Shown piece by piece: positions 27,301 to 40,744 of a stretch of DNA of 64,000 nucleotides. A program made the position numbers and the translations under genes. The DNA lies in NCBI RefSeq assembly GCF_004010195.1, contig NC_057749.1, positions 16,943,750 through 17,007,749 of the forward strand, in the 5' to 3' direction. The DNA comes from Chiloscyllium plagiosum (taxonomy: Eukaryota). Every line of letters begins with the position of its first letter. The first letter of the stretch is position 1. The notes beneath the pieces were generated by a model. The model was given only the letters and a program-made list of their open reading frames with translations, did not search any database and was not told the origin of the DNA.

Positions 27301-29794
27301 GTTCTACTATCCTGAAAATCACCCATCACCCTGATGATGGGAGTTATTGATGAGACAAAGTAACAAATCTCGATAATGATTCTACAATAGAGCCAGAAGT
27401 AGCAAGGGAAATCTCCCAGCCTGGAGAGCTTTGGAATCACAGGGACACAATCACCTGTTCCTCAAGTAAATGTGGAGTCGCCATAGTCCTTCTGGATCAC
27501 AGGGTTGCTCTCCCATTAGATAGAGATGACTGATGATGGTTTAACTGGATGGTCACCATGCCTCAGGTGAGGTTAAAAAGGTTAGACCGTCATGGTGATT
27601 TCAGCAAATATATGAACTGAACCCATGTTGTTGGAATCACTTTACATTGCAAACTCACTGTCCAACCAACTAAGCTACACTGTACTCATCACATACTGGG
27701 CAGCAAGTTACTCATTGTGGATCCCATTACCTAATTTTCTGTTAGAAGTTATCCTATTTGCATTTTAATTAGCAATTCCGTTAGTTGCATCACTGGCCCA
27801 AGGAAACTGTTACAATGATTGACCACTGACTGAAATATTGCCTTCACAGTATCGTTCTGAATCTACCACTCTTCAAGCACAGGCCAATCAGCTTATCTCC
27901 AATACATTTCAATATTGGGCACAAGAAGTAAAAGCCCATCAAACTCTACTTTTATTTTCCAGTGGGTTACTGAATACTGGAAAAATGAAGAGATGGAATG
28001 ATTATTACAAAATGACACCCTGAGGTGTCAGGGCATCAGGTGCACAAGAAACACCACAGGAATCAATAAGTAAACTCCACAGTCCCATCTTGGCAGCAGG
28101 AGGGTTTTGGTCTCCATACCAAAGGAAGGATTTCCTTGCCATGGGTTATGGAAGGTTCACTCAAAAAGTAAGACGTGAGTTGATACAGCAATATCCACAA
28201 ACACTAAACATTTCTAAGCACCTTACAGCAAAGCACTTTTTAAAAATGTAGTCACTGTAGCATCCAATTTTGTGCACAGCCAACTCCCAAAAGCAACAAT
28301 GTGATAACGACTGGATAACCTGTTTTTATGATGTTGATTGAAGAATAAATATTGACGAGGGAAACAGGGAGAATGTCTCTTTAAAAAGAATACCATGAGA
28401 GTTTTACATCCATCTGAGCATGGAGATGTGGCCTCTGTTTAACAGCCCATCCAAAATCTGAAACCGCTGATCATGCTCAAAACCTGGAATCTTGTGACTC
28501 AGATGGTGAGAGTAGTACCATTGAGCCACACATGACACTACATTAATAGAAGCATAGGAGCCTTGCCCTATAAGAGACTGAGTAAATGGAGCTATACTAT
28601 TTGGAATTAAAACTGAAAGTACTGGAGAAACTCAGCAGGTCTGGCAGCATTTATGGAAAGAACAACAGAATTCACATTGAATCCCATAACACTTCTTCAT
28701 AACACTGAGGATTCTGAAGAAAAGTCATGGGACTCGAAACATTAGCTCTCTATGTCTCTCTCCACAGGTAGACGGACCTGCTGAGTTTCTTTAGCATCTT
28801 CTGTTTTTATTGCAGATCTCTAGAATTTTACTTCCACATGCTCTACAGTTTAGAATACTGAAAACTGATTTCATTGTAACATATAAAATTTGTCAGAGGT
28901 CTTGACAAGACAGCTGTCAAGATGCTATTTCCCTGGCAGCATGGTCAAGAACACAGGGACCAAATATCAATTATAAGGTGGTCAGCTGTTTCGGACTGAG
29001 AAGAGGAGAAATGTCTTCTCTCAATGAGCTGCAAATCTTCAGAACTGTTTTCCCCAGACAGCTCATGAGGGAAGGGGATGACAGAGATTGATGAGTGTGC
29101 ATTACAGTCAGGTCTTGGATTACTATGCCATGCAGCTGATTTAACAGAAGACTTGTTTTTAAAAGCAATTCTGGATAAGTATAATCAAAAAAGACTTGCA
29201 TTTATATAGCTCTTTTCACAACCACCAGATGTCTCAAAATGTTTTAGACCCCAGTTAATTCCTTTTTGAAGTGCAATAATGCAAATAAATGCAAAATAAA
29301 TTCATCCTGCTATAAATGCACTTCACCATTATAAAAACCATTGGAAAAATTCAACTTTAAACACAAACTGTGACTTTAAACTGCACCAAATAAAATTTTT
29401 CCAAATAATAAATGTTCAAAGTTTTAAATATATTGAAAGGACAACCAAATGTATATTTAAAATACATCTCAAAGTACATCATTTAAGTTAAAAATAATAT
29501 TTAAACGCAATTTAAGAAACCTAAGTACATTTAGTTGTACTTTTAATTCAGGCAAAAGTAATTTATTACGCAAAACAATTTAAAATGATATATTTTTAGG
29601 GTTTTTAAAGTATATTTAAAACACATTCTTAAACATCAATTAGAAGCAATATTAAAATTACGAATATTTAATTATTCATACATATTAAACAGATAGTTTT
29701 AACATGTAAAAGTATTTTTCGAGTATAAAATTCAATGTTTATTTACATTACACACATTCAATTACTTTGCAGTGTCTGATGTGGGCTCAGCCTT

Positions 29795-30115
29795 ACTAGG
29801 CCCCGAAGCCTGGCGCACGCGTGATTGCGGCTCCCGGCTGAGGGAGCGAGTGCTTCGGACACTTACCCGGGACACGTTTAGATCCTTCATCACCTCCTCG
29901 AAGGCGGCCGTCTCCTCCGCTTGCTTCTGGTTGTGGAGGGCGATCTTCTCGCTGAACTTGCGGGGGTTGGAGGCGGTCGAGCCGCCGCTGCCGGAGGAGC
30001 CAGGCCCGGGGACGGGGACGGGGCCCGGAGCCCCTTCACCCGCGGCGCCCCCAGCGCCGGCTCCCGGGCTGCAGCCAGGGCCGGAGCTGCTGCCGGCCAT
30101 CTCCAGGGGAACTGC
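29795..30115. promoter_or_regulatory. Small CpG island covering CRTC exon 1
   Basis: High GC and many CpGs, in contrast to AT-rich flanks. Confidence 0.7.
29867..30100 (-). CDS. CRTC3: CRTC (CREB-regulated transcription coactivator) coding exon 1: Gly/Pro/Ser-rich leader plus CREB-binding domain [34 protein letters not shown]
   Basis: ATG in strong Kozak context (gagATGG), 78 codons, CGG|gtaagt donor; family certain, paralog assigned from IQGAP1 adjacency and exon 2. Confidence 0.88.
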
Positions 30116-30200
30116 CAGCAAAGTACACTGAGGTAGGTCAGTCTCTACAAACCCCAACTCTCCCCCAGAAACATAAAATATATTGAAAAATATAAAACAA

Positions 30201-30420
30201 AATTCACCTCAAATCAACTCTCCCCCAGCTCAAAGTCAAAAATAAACTCACCTCCCCTCAAAACTAAACTTAATTCACCTCAGAAAAACAAATCAAATAC
30301 ACCTCAGCTCAAAACTAGAACCTAATTCACCTCAACTCAACATTAAAAATTTCACCTCAGCCAGAAAAAGGAATGAAATTCACCTCAGCTCAAAGTCAAA
30401 AGTAAATTCACCTCAGCTCA
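30201..30420. repeat. Degenerate minisatellite, ~8 units of ~25-28 bp, core AATTCACCTCAG
   Basis: Core recurs at ~30201, 30245, 30272, 30297, 30324, 30349, 30377, 30405. Confidence 0.8.
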
Positions 30421-32044
30421 GAAAATCTTCTACTTAAACCCCCTCCAGTCACACAGTCACCATCACTAACATCCTGCAGCAAAATGAAAGCTCAGATTTT
30501 CTCCCTTCCAACAAAAAAAAGTTCAAATCCTTTTTATTCATTCGTCCAGTGCAGAATACACAGTAATCCTTCTTCTTGTTGTTGTCTTCCTCCAGAAGTT
30601 GGGACACTGGCATCAGACATTTAAAGCATCTTGGTTATTGAAAAGGGAAAAAAAATTGTCTCAGTTAAAAATCTCTTCGGGGCTCCAAAAAGATTCAGCC
30701 TGGGTTTTCTGTCATCGCTCACAACTCACACAGACAGGAAAAAAACAAAATGAGAGATGGAGAAATGTTCCTTCTAAACTCCACCACTAGAGGAGACAAA
30801 AGACAACTTGAAGAATAAATGGAGCTGGAGATATTCTAATACCTCAACAGTTTGTTCGGGGGCTGTCTTCAAGTGGAGTTTGTGCTAAAATGTCAAGGTT
30901 GAGTAAGTGTCCAAATTTTAAAAATTCTGTTTTGAACTTGATGCATCTTTTTGTCAATTCACAAGCTTCGACATTCGATAAAGATTTCTTTTGTACACAA
31001 GGCTATTAGTATGTATTTAGATCAGGTTGCCAAATGATAAGTTGACACCTCTGAAACACTTGTATATTAGATACTGATGGTCCACCTGATGTTCCTACAT
31101 TTACATTACTAAAACTAGCTCACTTATTCCTCTCCACTGCAGTCAAGCCATTCCTTTTCATCTATAACGCTGTTCAAGTAGGAGAGTGGGGCTCGTTGAT
31201 GTATGAAAATCAGGGCAGCATTCATTGTTTACACTCCTGTGGAGAAAATCATTACAGTACAAAAGGAGTGTAAAAGGGGACTGGATTATATCTTTTGAGA
31301 AGTGGAATTCAAGGTTTAACAATAGCACCGCTTGTTTTTTTTCAACAGAGATGGATAAAGGAACTTTTCATTAAAATCGAACATCAGTGGGTGGTATGGG
31401 AGGAAAAGTCTGTGATAGAGTAATTATACATTCAATGGATGCACTAAGCAGCCTTTTATAACTCACTGTTCTTTTATATTTCGATGAAAAATAGAAACTT
31501 CTCATTTGCTCATGAGAATAATGCTGTAAAATCACTTTTAAATATATTTACCTGTGATATCAACATGATAATAAATGGCTGCTGGATCTAACCAACTAAA
31601 CAACATTTTCCAAAACCGCTTAAACCATGGAGGTAACAGCTCTTTCTGTCATTGTCTTGAGATAGTTTTGTTTCACTTCTGATTCCTGATGAATAGGGCT
31701 ATAATTCATTCCATTCCAGACCAAGCCAGATCTCTGATTTGACTGCTCCATAAAAATAAATGTCATATGAACAGAAGAAAGGAGTGACATACATGACCCT
31801 TGGGTTAGGAAGTGAAGAATACACAGTGATGGAAACATGGGAACAAGGAAAGGCCAATTCAGCCCCCAAACGTATATTAAATCATGGCCAAATTTGATCT
31901 CAATCATTTTCCTGCTTTAGATACATATTCCTTCTTATCTAAAAAAGATCAATCCCATCATCTACTGACCTCGGGGAAGCAATTTCCAGATTTGTCTCAG
32001 AGTTGCCTGAATTCACTCCTCATAATTGTACCTAGATCTAATTT

Positions 32045-32810
32045 TTAAAAATGTATTCATTTGTGGGATGTGGACATTGCTTATTGCCCGTCTCTAGTTG
32101 CTCTTGAGAAGGTGGTGGTGAGCTGCCTTCTTGAATCGCTGCAGTTCACCTGCTGTGGGTTAACCCACAATGTCATTAGGGAGGAAATTCCAGGAGTTTG
32201 ATTCAGCAACAGGAAAGGAATTGTGATATATTTCTATGTCAGGATGGTGAGTGGCTCGGAGGGGAACTTGAAGGTGGTGGTTTTCCTATATATCTCCTGC
32301 CCTTGCCTTTCTAGATGGAAGTGGCTGTGGATTTGGAAGGTGCTGTCTAAGGATCTTTGGTGAATTTCTACAGTGTATCTTGTAGATAGTACATACTGCT
32401 GCTGCTCAGTATCGGTGGTGGAGGGAGTGATTACTTGTTGATGTAATGCCAATCAAGCGGGCTGCTTTGTCCTGGATGGTGTCAAGCTTCTTGAGTGTTG
32501 TTGGAGCTGCACTCCTCTAAGCAGGTGAGGCGTATTCGATCACACTCCTGACTTGTGCCTTGGAGATGGTTGACAGGCTTTGGGGAGTCAAGAGGTGAGT
32601 TACTCACCCAAATTCCTAGCCTCTGACCTGCTCTTGTAGCCATTGTGGTTACGCAGTGAGTCAAGTTGAGTTTCTGGTCAATGATAACCCCCAGAATGTT
32701 GATAGTGGGGAATTCAATGATGTAACACCATTGAATGTCAAGGGGCGGTGGTTAGATTGTCTCTTATTGGTGATGGTCATAGCCTGGCATTTGTGTGATG
32801 TGAATGTTAC
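32045..32810 (-). mobile_element. Non-LTR retrotransposon 3' fragment (CR1/L2 group, family distinct from the main CR1); related copies at ~33955-34320(+), 49210-49415(-), 61620-61930(-)
   Basis: Remnants of AGQRLG...YKAQVRS...LKKLDTIQDKAARLIG. Confidence 0.75.
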
Positions 32811-35800
32811 TAATTTCCCCTCATTGTCTGAGTTTCTGTCAAAAAAAGAAAATAAATCATTTGTATATATGCCACGAAATCCCTTTATCATTTTAGATAA
32901 ATTAATTAGTTCAGCTCTTAAATCTTCTAAATTCAAGCCATGTTTATTAAATAGTCCGTTGAAGGGTCACTGGACTGAAAATGTTAGCTCTGCTTTCTCT
33001 CTACAGATGCTGCCAGACCTGCTGAGTTTCTCAGGGAATTTCTCTTTCAGTTTCTGTTCAGTATCCACACTTTGACATTTTATATATTATTATTTGTTTG
33101 ATTTATTAAACTTGACATAATTTGGCCTTTTTTTAAGGGTCATTCTGATTAATCTGTTTTGTTTATCCAAGACCATTACATCTGTTCTGAAGTATGGTGC
33201 TAAACTGAATGCAGTTCCTCCTGATTGGATCGGACCAAGACTCTGCAAAACTGAAGCATCACTTCCTTTCTTTGGAATTCCAAACTCTCTTGTGGTAATG
33301 TTCTACTAGCCTTGATGATTACTATTTGTGCTGGTAAGTAGATTTCCTTCAGAGATCCTGGCCTCTCCTTAAGGAGAAAATATTGCTTTATTTGTTCTTC
33401 TCAGATCGAAAGTTAATAGTTTTACATGGCCTCACATTAAATACTGTATATTCTGACTACTATTTAAATATTTCAATGTTGTGAAGACGTTGTTAATAAT
33501 GCTGAGTCCCTTACTACCAGCATTCTGGGGGTTACCACTAACTAGAAATAGAACTGGAAGTGCCATATAAATATTGCAGATTCAAGAAAATGTGAAAGGC
33601 TGGAAGTTTTGTGGCAAGTAACTCATCTCCTTACTCCCCGGTGCCTACAATAATACAGCTAACTGTGGATGCTGGAAATCTGAAACAAAAACATAAAATG
33701 CTGGAGAAATTCAACAGGTCTGGCAGCATCTGTGGACAGAAAACCAGAAGTAAAGTTTTAAGTTCAGTGACCCTTCATCAGAATGAAAGCCGGTGGAAAA
33801 GGGTGGCATTCATCAACATAAATCGCTGGGAAAGGGTGGTATTTTCGATTCTGTTGTAGGATTTCTAAATTCGAAACAGTAACACTGTTTTTCTCTCAAC
33901 AGATGCTGGAGTCTGGCTGAATCTCTCCAGCACTTTCTGCTTTTGTCCCCACAGCCTGTCATTTAAAGGCACAAGCCAGGAGTGTGATGGAATACTTTCA
34001 ACGTGCCTGGATAGGTGCAGCTCCAACAGCACTCAAGAAGCTTGACACCATCCAGGTCAAAGCCGCTCTCTTGATTGGCATCACAGCCATGCCTTCCACA
34101 TTTTCCTTCAAGACCAACACATAGTCGCAACAATGTGTACCATCTATGAGATGCACTGTGGAAATTGACCACAGCTCATTTGATAGCATCTTCCAAAACC
34201 ATGACCACTACCATTTGGAAGGACAAGAGCAGCAGACACATGGGAACACCATCCCCTGCAAGTTCACCTGCAAACCACTCCCCATCTGACTTGGAAATAT
34301 ATCACCATTCCTTTACTGCCACATGGCGCACACCAAGCCTCCAAACAGCAGTAAGAAAATTGTTGTGATAATCTGTTTCAGTGTTGTTGATTGGGGCAGA
34401 ACTATTGACCAGGAGATTGGGATCCGATGTCCTGTTCATCTATTACAACCACTGAGAGCCTTGATGGGACCTTGGTTTAACCTCATCAAAAGGATGGTTC
34501 CTCTGACAGTGCAGCAATCCCTCAGTATTGGACTGAAGTGAAAGGAAAGTATGTTGCACAGACAGGAAAGAAGAAAAAGACTTGATAGAGAGCAGAATAA
34601 ATTAATTCCTTGTCATACAGTGCGTGGGTGTTGTAAGAGTCTGTGATAAAATGAAATAAAAACAGAAAGTGCTGGAGAGATTCAGCAGGTCTGGCAGAGA
34701 GAGAAACAGCATTCGCTACAACTCTCCTTCAGAAGTTTTCTTCTGTTTCTCCCGTCACAGACGCTGCCGGATCTGCTGAGTTTCTCCAGCATTCTCTGTT
34801 GTTATTTCAGATTTCCAGCATACAAAATAATTTACGTTTATTTGTGTGATAACATGATATCGGGAAATACAGTGTAGAGATTCTTATAGGCTCCACAGTT
34901 AATCACGACAAAGGGGTATAGGCACCGCAATTAATCATGACAAACAATGACCAGGACTGAAACAGGAGAGTTACCATCAGCCTATGGTCAGGATATGGCA
35001 TCAAGCTGAGGTGCACTTGTGACAAATAAGGACAATGGGTAAATGGAGAGAACATTCTGGTTTAGATTAACATTGACATCTGAAGGAGGATCCTGGATGT
35101 CACGGTCCATCACACAAGGATAAGGACCCAGCACCAGGTAACGATTACAATTGACATTGAATATAAACGCCAAACCATTCTGATGTAAGATTAGAAATTT
35201 GAAAAGTTATTGTTCCAAATAATTCCAGCACTTTTCATAACTTTGCGACTTTTCATTTGGATAATTGATCTGTTTGTGTGGCGGTTCTTTTGAGATTCAA
35301 ATTTAATTCCATAGCACAGGACAGAGAATTGAAAAACATTGAGTTTGATTTCATTGTCCGGTTCCCATTTTTGTAAGATTGTGGCACCCAATGATGACAC
35401 AGTGCAGATGGTTCAGTAAAGTAAGAGAGTAAAGGGATGAGCTGGTCGGTCAGGTTTCAGGAACTTCATCATGAAAATTGTGCCGAGGCAGTGCTGCCCA
35501 ATCAGAGTAGCTGTCATTTGAACACAGTGTTAAACCAAAGTAATTTGCCTTGCGGCAGCTGTAAAAGACACCAAGGTCACTATTTTGAAGAGCAGGAAGG
35601 GATTTCTCCATCAGAACCTGGCTGATATTTATCCCTCAACCCACACCAGAACAAATGCACTGGTTATTAATTTTATGACTATTTGTGAAAGCTTGTTTGG
35701 CCATCACGTTTCTCAACACCGCAGTAGAAACTGATATTCATAGCTATTACAATGACTGTAAAATATTCCAGGAGCTACATAAATGTAAGTTTGTCTCTCC

Positions 35801-38318
35801 CAGAATGTACTGGTTGATTATTGGACAGATGTAGATCTGTAACCCTCCTAAGGTGCACAGTCATGGTTTAGCTATCTCACCCAACAATGACATAATGCAG
35901 TTGGCTCTGTAGATAATGGAGGAAATGATGAGCTGTCAATCTACAAACAAGAAGCTGACTGTATTATCTGTATTCTTCTGTTGTCATGGCAACTTCCAAC
36001 ATCTTCTCAAGGTACAATCACTGCTTGAATACAAAATGATCGAGCTACCTTGTACCTGCCCCAGGTGAGGACTTGGATAGTGAGTGTCCGAGCATTATCA
36101 GTTGTGGAGGGATCACAGTTAAGCCTGATTTTGCTTCCATCAGACAGCGCTTCCTCTGCATTGACCTCAGGACCCAGGAGATGGTAGATAGTTAGCAGCA
36201 AGGACTCTGACTTATGATCCCCACCCCCCTCTTTACTCCTGGTAACTCCTCCACTTTTTCTTGGGATGATTTCAGCTGGGACCAGCTTCCCTTTCACTAA
36301 GTAAGTAGAGAACAGAACAAGGCCATTCAGCTCATTGTATCCATCCTGGTTCTTAGGAAGAGCTATCTTATTAGTCCCACTCCTCCGCTTTTTTCCTATG
36401 ATTGAAGCTAAGTCCCCAACCAGATCACAACAGCTGACCGTGTCGAGAAAAACTAACCCCTCCCAAGCCCAGTCCCTTTGTCATCTGCTTCATTTCTCCT
36501 TGATTGCTTTTGTTGTCTACAATAAGATCAGTTGTTTTGGATGTTCTTGTTTCTTCACTGCTTTCTCAACCCAATATCTCCAAAAATCTTTCTACCAGCC
36601 TTAATATATTGTGACCAAGAGACCCAAGTCCACAGCTAGAGGTTATTCACGGAAGATACTCATTCTTATGATACCTACTAATTCCATGACATTCCTCCCC
36701 ACATTACCACAAGAACTCCCACACTAAAAGCAAGGCAAGTTATTCTTTCACCAAACATCAGAAACTTGAGAGTTAAAGTCACATATTTGTTGAAAGGATC
36801 TGAGGTTTGTTGATTTCTGATTAGGAGTTACATTCCATACATTGGACTGGACAAATTTTATATTCGTTAAGTATCTTTATTTTTCCTGACTGGTTTCCTG
36901 GAGAGAGTGACTCATTCTTGGGTACAAGTCAAGCAGGAAGACATGCACCTGTGTCCCACAGCAAAGAACACCTGGCACCTGCTGACTGGTAGGATCAGGG
37001 CAAAGTAGAATGAGGTGGTGGTTCACTGATACCCTTTGCAGGGCAGTTAGGGATGGACAACAAATGCTGAGAACATCCCACATTCTGTGAAGGAGCAAAT
37101 GATTCAACTTCACACCTATTCATCATTTGTTGCCCATTTAAACAGAAATTTAATAACAATGGCTTACATTTATAAAACACTTTTAATACTGTAAAAATAA
37201 CTGAGGTGTTTTACAGGAGCATTACCAAAGAAAATTGGACAGGAAAATTAGCAACAGAAAGGCAGAGTAGAAATTTTCCTACAAAAATCAAGTGGTGCAC
37301 AGAATATTTCACTATAAGTGATCCTTCAAAACAACATATATGATTTAAAAGGGAATTTGATAAGTATTTGAAAACAAAAAATGTCGTAAAAAATTAGATA
37401 GGAGAGAAGTGAAGGAACTAGAATTTCAATGTTGAAGTTCTAACATTACAGAACACAGTGGCCTGAATGGTCTCCTTTGATGTTATAGTTTCTAGATATC
37501 TATGAAGTTTGTGTTTTGAATTTCATGTTCCCATCTACTCCTGATAACCCTTGATTCCTCCACCCAGCAAAGAATCTGTCTACTGCTGCCTTACAAATAT
37601 TCAGTGACACCACCTCCCCAAATTGCCATCTGATACACACAGTCCCAAATTCTCACAAACCTCTGAGAGAAAAATACTCTCCTCAGCTCTGCCCTAAAAG
37701 GATGATTCCTAACTTTAAAGCAGTGGCCCACAGTCCTGAACTTGCCCACAAGATGAAGAAGCATCCTTCTCACATAAAGCTTGTCAATACCATTAAGTAT
37801 CTGACAGGCAACTTTCAGTGAAGACACTCCTCACCCTTCTAAACCACAATGGAAACAAACCCAGTCTGAACAACTTTTCCCAATAATACAGCCGACTCAT
37901 TCCAGGTCTCCTCTGAACTGCCTCCAGTGCACTTACAGCCTGATATGTAGCATCCATACTTTAATGTTCAATTTCTGACACAATTTAGCATTCCATTAGT
38001 TTTCTTAATGACTTGCTGTACATACTTACTATTTTTTGTGGCAAGATCACCAAGATCCTTTTTTGTGGCATTCCACAGTTCTTCTCCATTTAGCTAATGT
38101 GGTGTTTTATCTGGGAGTGGGGTGGTGGGGGGGAGGGTGGTTTGTTAGCTCAGTTGGCTGGACAGTTGGTTACAATACAGAATTATGTCAAAAGCATAAG
38201 GTTACCATGAAGGACTCTTCTCGTCAAACACCTCCCCTTCCTGCTCCTCCCCTCCTGAGGCACGGTGACCCTGAAGTTCAACCACCACCAGTTATCTATC
38301 TCTAAGGAGAAAGCAGTG

Positions 38319-39517
38319 GGGTGGCACAGTGGTTAGCACTGCTGCCTCACAGCGCCAGAGACCCAGGTTCAATTCCCGCCTCAGGCAACTGTCTGTGTGG
38401 AGTTTGCATATTCTCCCTGTGTCTGCATGGATTTCCTCCCACAGTCCAAAAACGTGCAGGTTAGGTGAATTGGCTGATGATACTAAGCTGGGTGGCAGGG
38501 TGAAATGTGAGGAGGATGTTAGGAGATTACAGGGTGACCTGGACAGGTTAGGTGAGTGGTCAGATGCATGGCAGATGCAGTTTAATGTGGATAAATGTAT
38601 GGTTGTCCACTTTGGTGGCAAGAACAGGAAGGCAGATTACTACCTAAATGGAATCAATTTAGTTAAAGTGGCAGTACAAAGAGATCTGGGTGTTCTTGTA
38701 CACCAATCAATGAAGGTAAGCATACAGGTACAGCAGGTAGTGAAGAAGGCTAATAGCATGCTGGCCTTCATAACAAGCGGGATTGAGTATAGAAGCAAAG
38801 AGGTTCTTCTGCAGCTGTATGGGGCCTGGTGAGACCACACCTGGAGTATTGTGTGCAGTTCTGGTCTCCAAATTTGAGGAAAGACATTTTGGCTATTGAG
38901 GGAATGCAGCATAGGTTCACGAGGTCAATTCCTGGAATGGCAGGACTACCTTACGCTGAAAGACTGGAGTGACTGGTCTTGTATACCCTTGAGTTTAGAA
39001 GACTGAGAGGGGATCTGATTGAGACATATAATATTATTAAAGGATTGGACAGGAAACATGTTTTCGCTGATGGGTGAGTGCCGAACCAGAGGACACAGTT
39101 TAACAATATGGGGTAGACCATTTAGGACAAAGTTCAGGAGAAACTTCTTCACCCAGAGAGTGGTGGCTGTGTGGAATGCTCTGCCCCAGAGGGCAGTGGA
39201 GGCCCAGTCTCTGGATTCATTTCAGAAAGAGTTAGATAGAGCTGTTAAGGACAGTGGAATCAAGGGTTATGGAGATAAGGCAGGAACAGGATACTGATTA
39301 AGGATGATCAGCCATGATCATATTGAATGGTGGTGCAGGCTCGAAGGGCAGAATGGCCTACTCCTGCACCTATTGTCTATTGTTAAATTGCCCATTGTGT
39401 TAGGTGAAGGGGTAAATGTAGGGGAATAGGTCTGGGTGGGTTGCTGTTCGGAGGGTCGGTGTGGACTTGTTGGGCCGAAGGTCCTGTTTCCACGCTGTAA
39501 GTAATCTAATCTAATCT
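38319..39517 (+). mobile_element. HE1-type V-SINE split by a CR1 insertion (38319-38472 and 39384-39517)
   Basis: SINE sequence stops at GTGAATTGG and resumes at TTAAATTGCCCA. Confidence 0.85.
38473..39383 (+). mobile_element. 5'-truncated CR1 LINE nested in an HE1 SINE
   Basis: ADDTKLGG...LQGDLDRLGEWSDAWQMQFNVDKC...FFTQRVVAVWNALP; tail CCTATTGTCTATTG. Confidence 0.93.
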
Positions 39518-40744
39518 AAAAAAAAGGTCCCATGGTCTGGAAACACAGCAGTGACTTTACTTTTATTCTTTCTGTCCAAATGAATAATTTCTTGTTTTCC
39601 CACGTGATACTTCTCTGTATCTATCTGCATATCCCCAACATCCTCTTCACTGTATACTTTCCAAGCTTTTTGTGTCATTCACAAATTTAACCAGCATACC
39701 TTCACTCCTTTTATTTTAGTGATTGCTTGTACATTGTAAAAAGTTGAAGGCCCAGCACAGACTACTGCAGGAATCCACTGGTTACAGAAATCAGAAAAAC
39801 CCAGTTACTTTTCTTTCTTTATTTATTGCACGATGAGGGCATCTCTAGCCAGGCCAGCACTTATTGTCCACTCCTAATTGCCGAGAGGGCAGTTAAGAGT
39901 GAACCATGTTGCTGTGAGTCTGGAGTCACATGTCAGCCAGACCAGGTAAGGATCGTAGTTTCCTTCTCTGAAAGACATCAGTGAACCAGATGGGTTTTTC
40001 CAACACTTGACATCGGTTTTGTGGTCATAAGTAAATTCTTAATTACAGATATTTATTGAATTCAAATTCCACCATCTGCCATGGGGGGGGGTTTCGAACC
40101 TGGAATCCCAGAATATTACCTGGGTCTCTGGATTAACAGTTATGCATTATGTTTCCTGCCACCAGCCATTCTTTTACCAATGCTAATACATCACCTCCAA
40201 TACCATATGCTTCAGCTTTGCACAATAACCTTTTATGTGGCACAATGTCATGGCAACATAAGCCTTGTATTTAGATGATATCCGATCTATATTGCTTGTT
40301 TGTAGGTGACTGTATGAATTACAGCAAATGTTATCTCTGTTCTGATGAATGGTCACTGGACTCTAAAATATTAGCTGTTTTTCTCTCCACACATGCCATC
40401 AGACCTGCTGAGTTTGTCCAGCACTTAGAACTGAAACAAAAACAATGTATTTATCGTCTCCTTGCTATACATTCCAAAGTGCATTGCAAAGGTCTGGAAT
40501 TGTGTAGCAAAGGTAAACTAGATTCATTCCTGGAATAAATACATTGGAAAACAAGAGGATATCAAATCTTGAGAATACACTGACTTACCTTGCTCTATTC
40601 CTCCTTTTTTTCTTTTATCAACAGGTGAAAATGAAATTATTGTCTGCATCTCTTGTTTATGTAGAGAAGAAGCTTCTAACCCTGAATGTTTGATGGGGAC
40701 AATGCAGAAGTAGTTTTACTTTCAGTTTAAGTGTTTTAATTCTG

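Larger units (their letters stand above)
37520..39790 (-). mobile_element. Old CR1 fragment (37520-38100 and 39570-39790) interrupted by nested younger elements
   Basis: Minus-strand RT/3' remnants (FFSQRFVRIW; VTSG..Q.SVLGLQLF) on both sides of the nest. Confidence 0.65.

Noticed and set aside
29772..30136. Plus-strand ORFs over CRTC exon 1
   Set aside because: Antisense shadows of a GC-rich exon.
30101..30157. Upstream in-frame extension of CRTC exon 1 (MGFVETDL...)
   Set aside because: The ORF track opens at a TTG; the strong-Kozak ATG at 30100 is the better start.
30201..30420. CRISPR-like repeat-spacer appearance
   Set aside because: Vertebrate context, short degenerate cores, mutually similar spacers and no cas genes.
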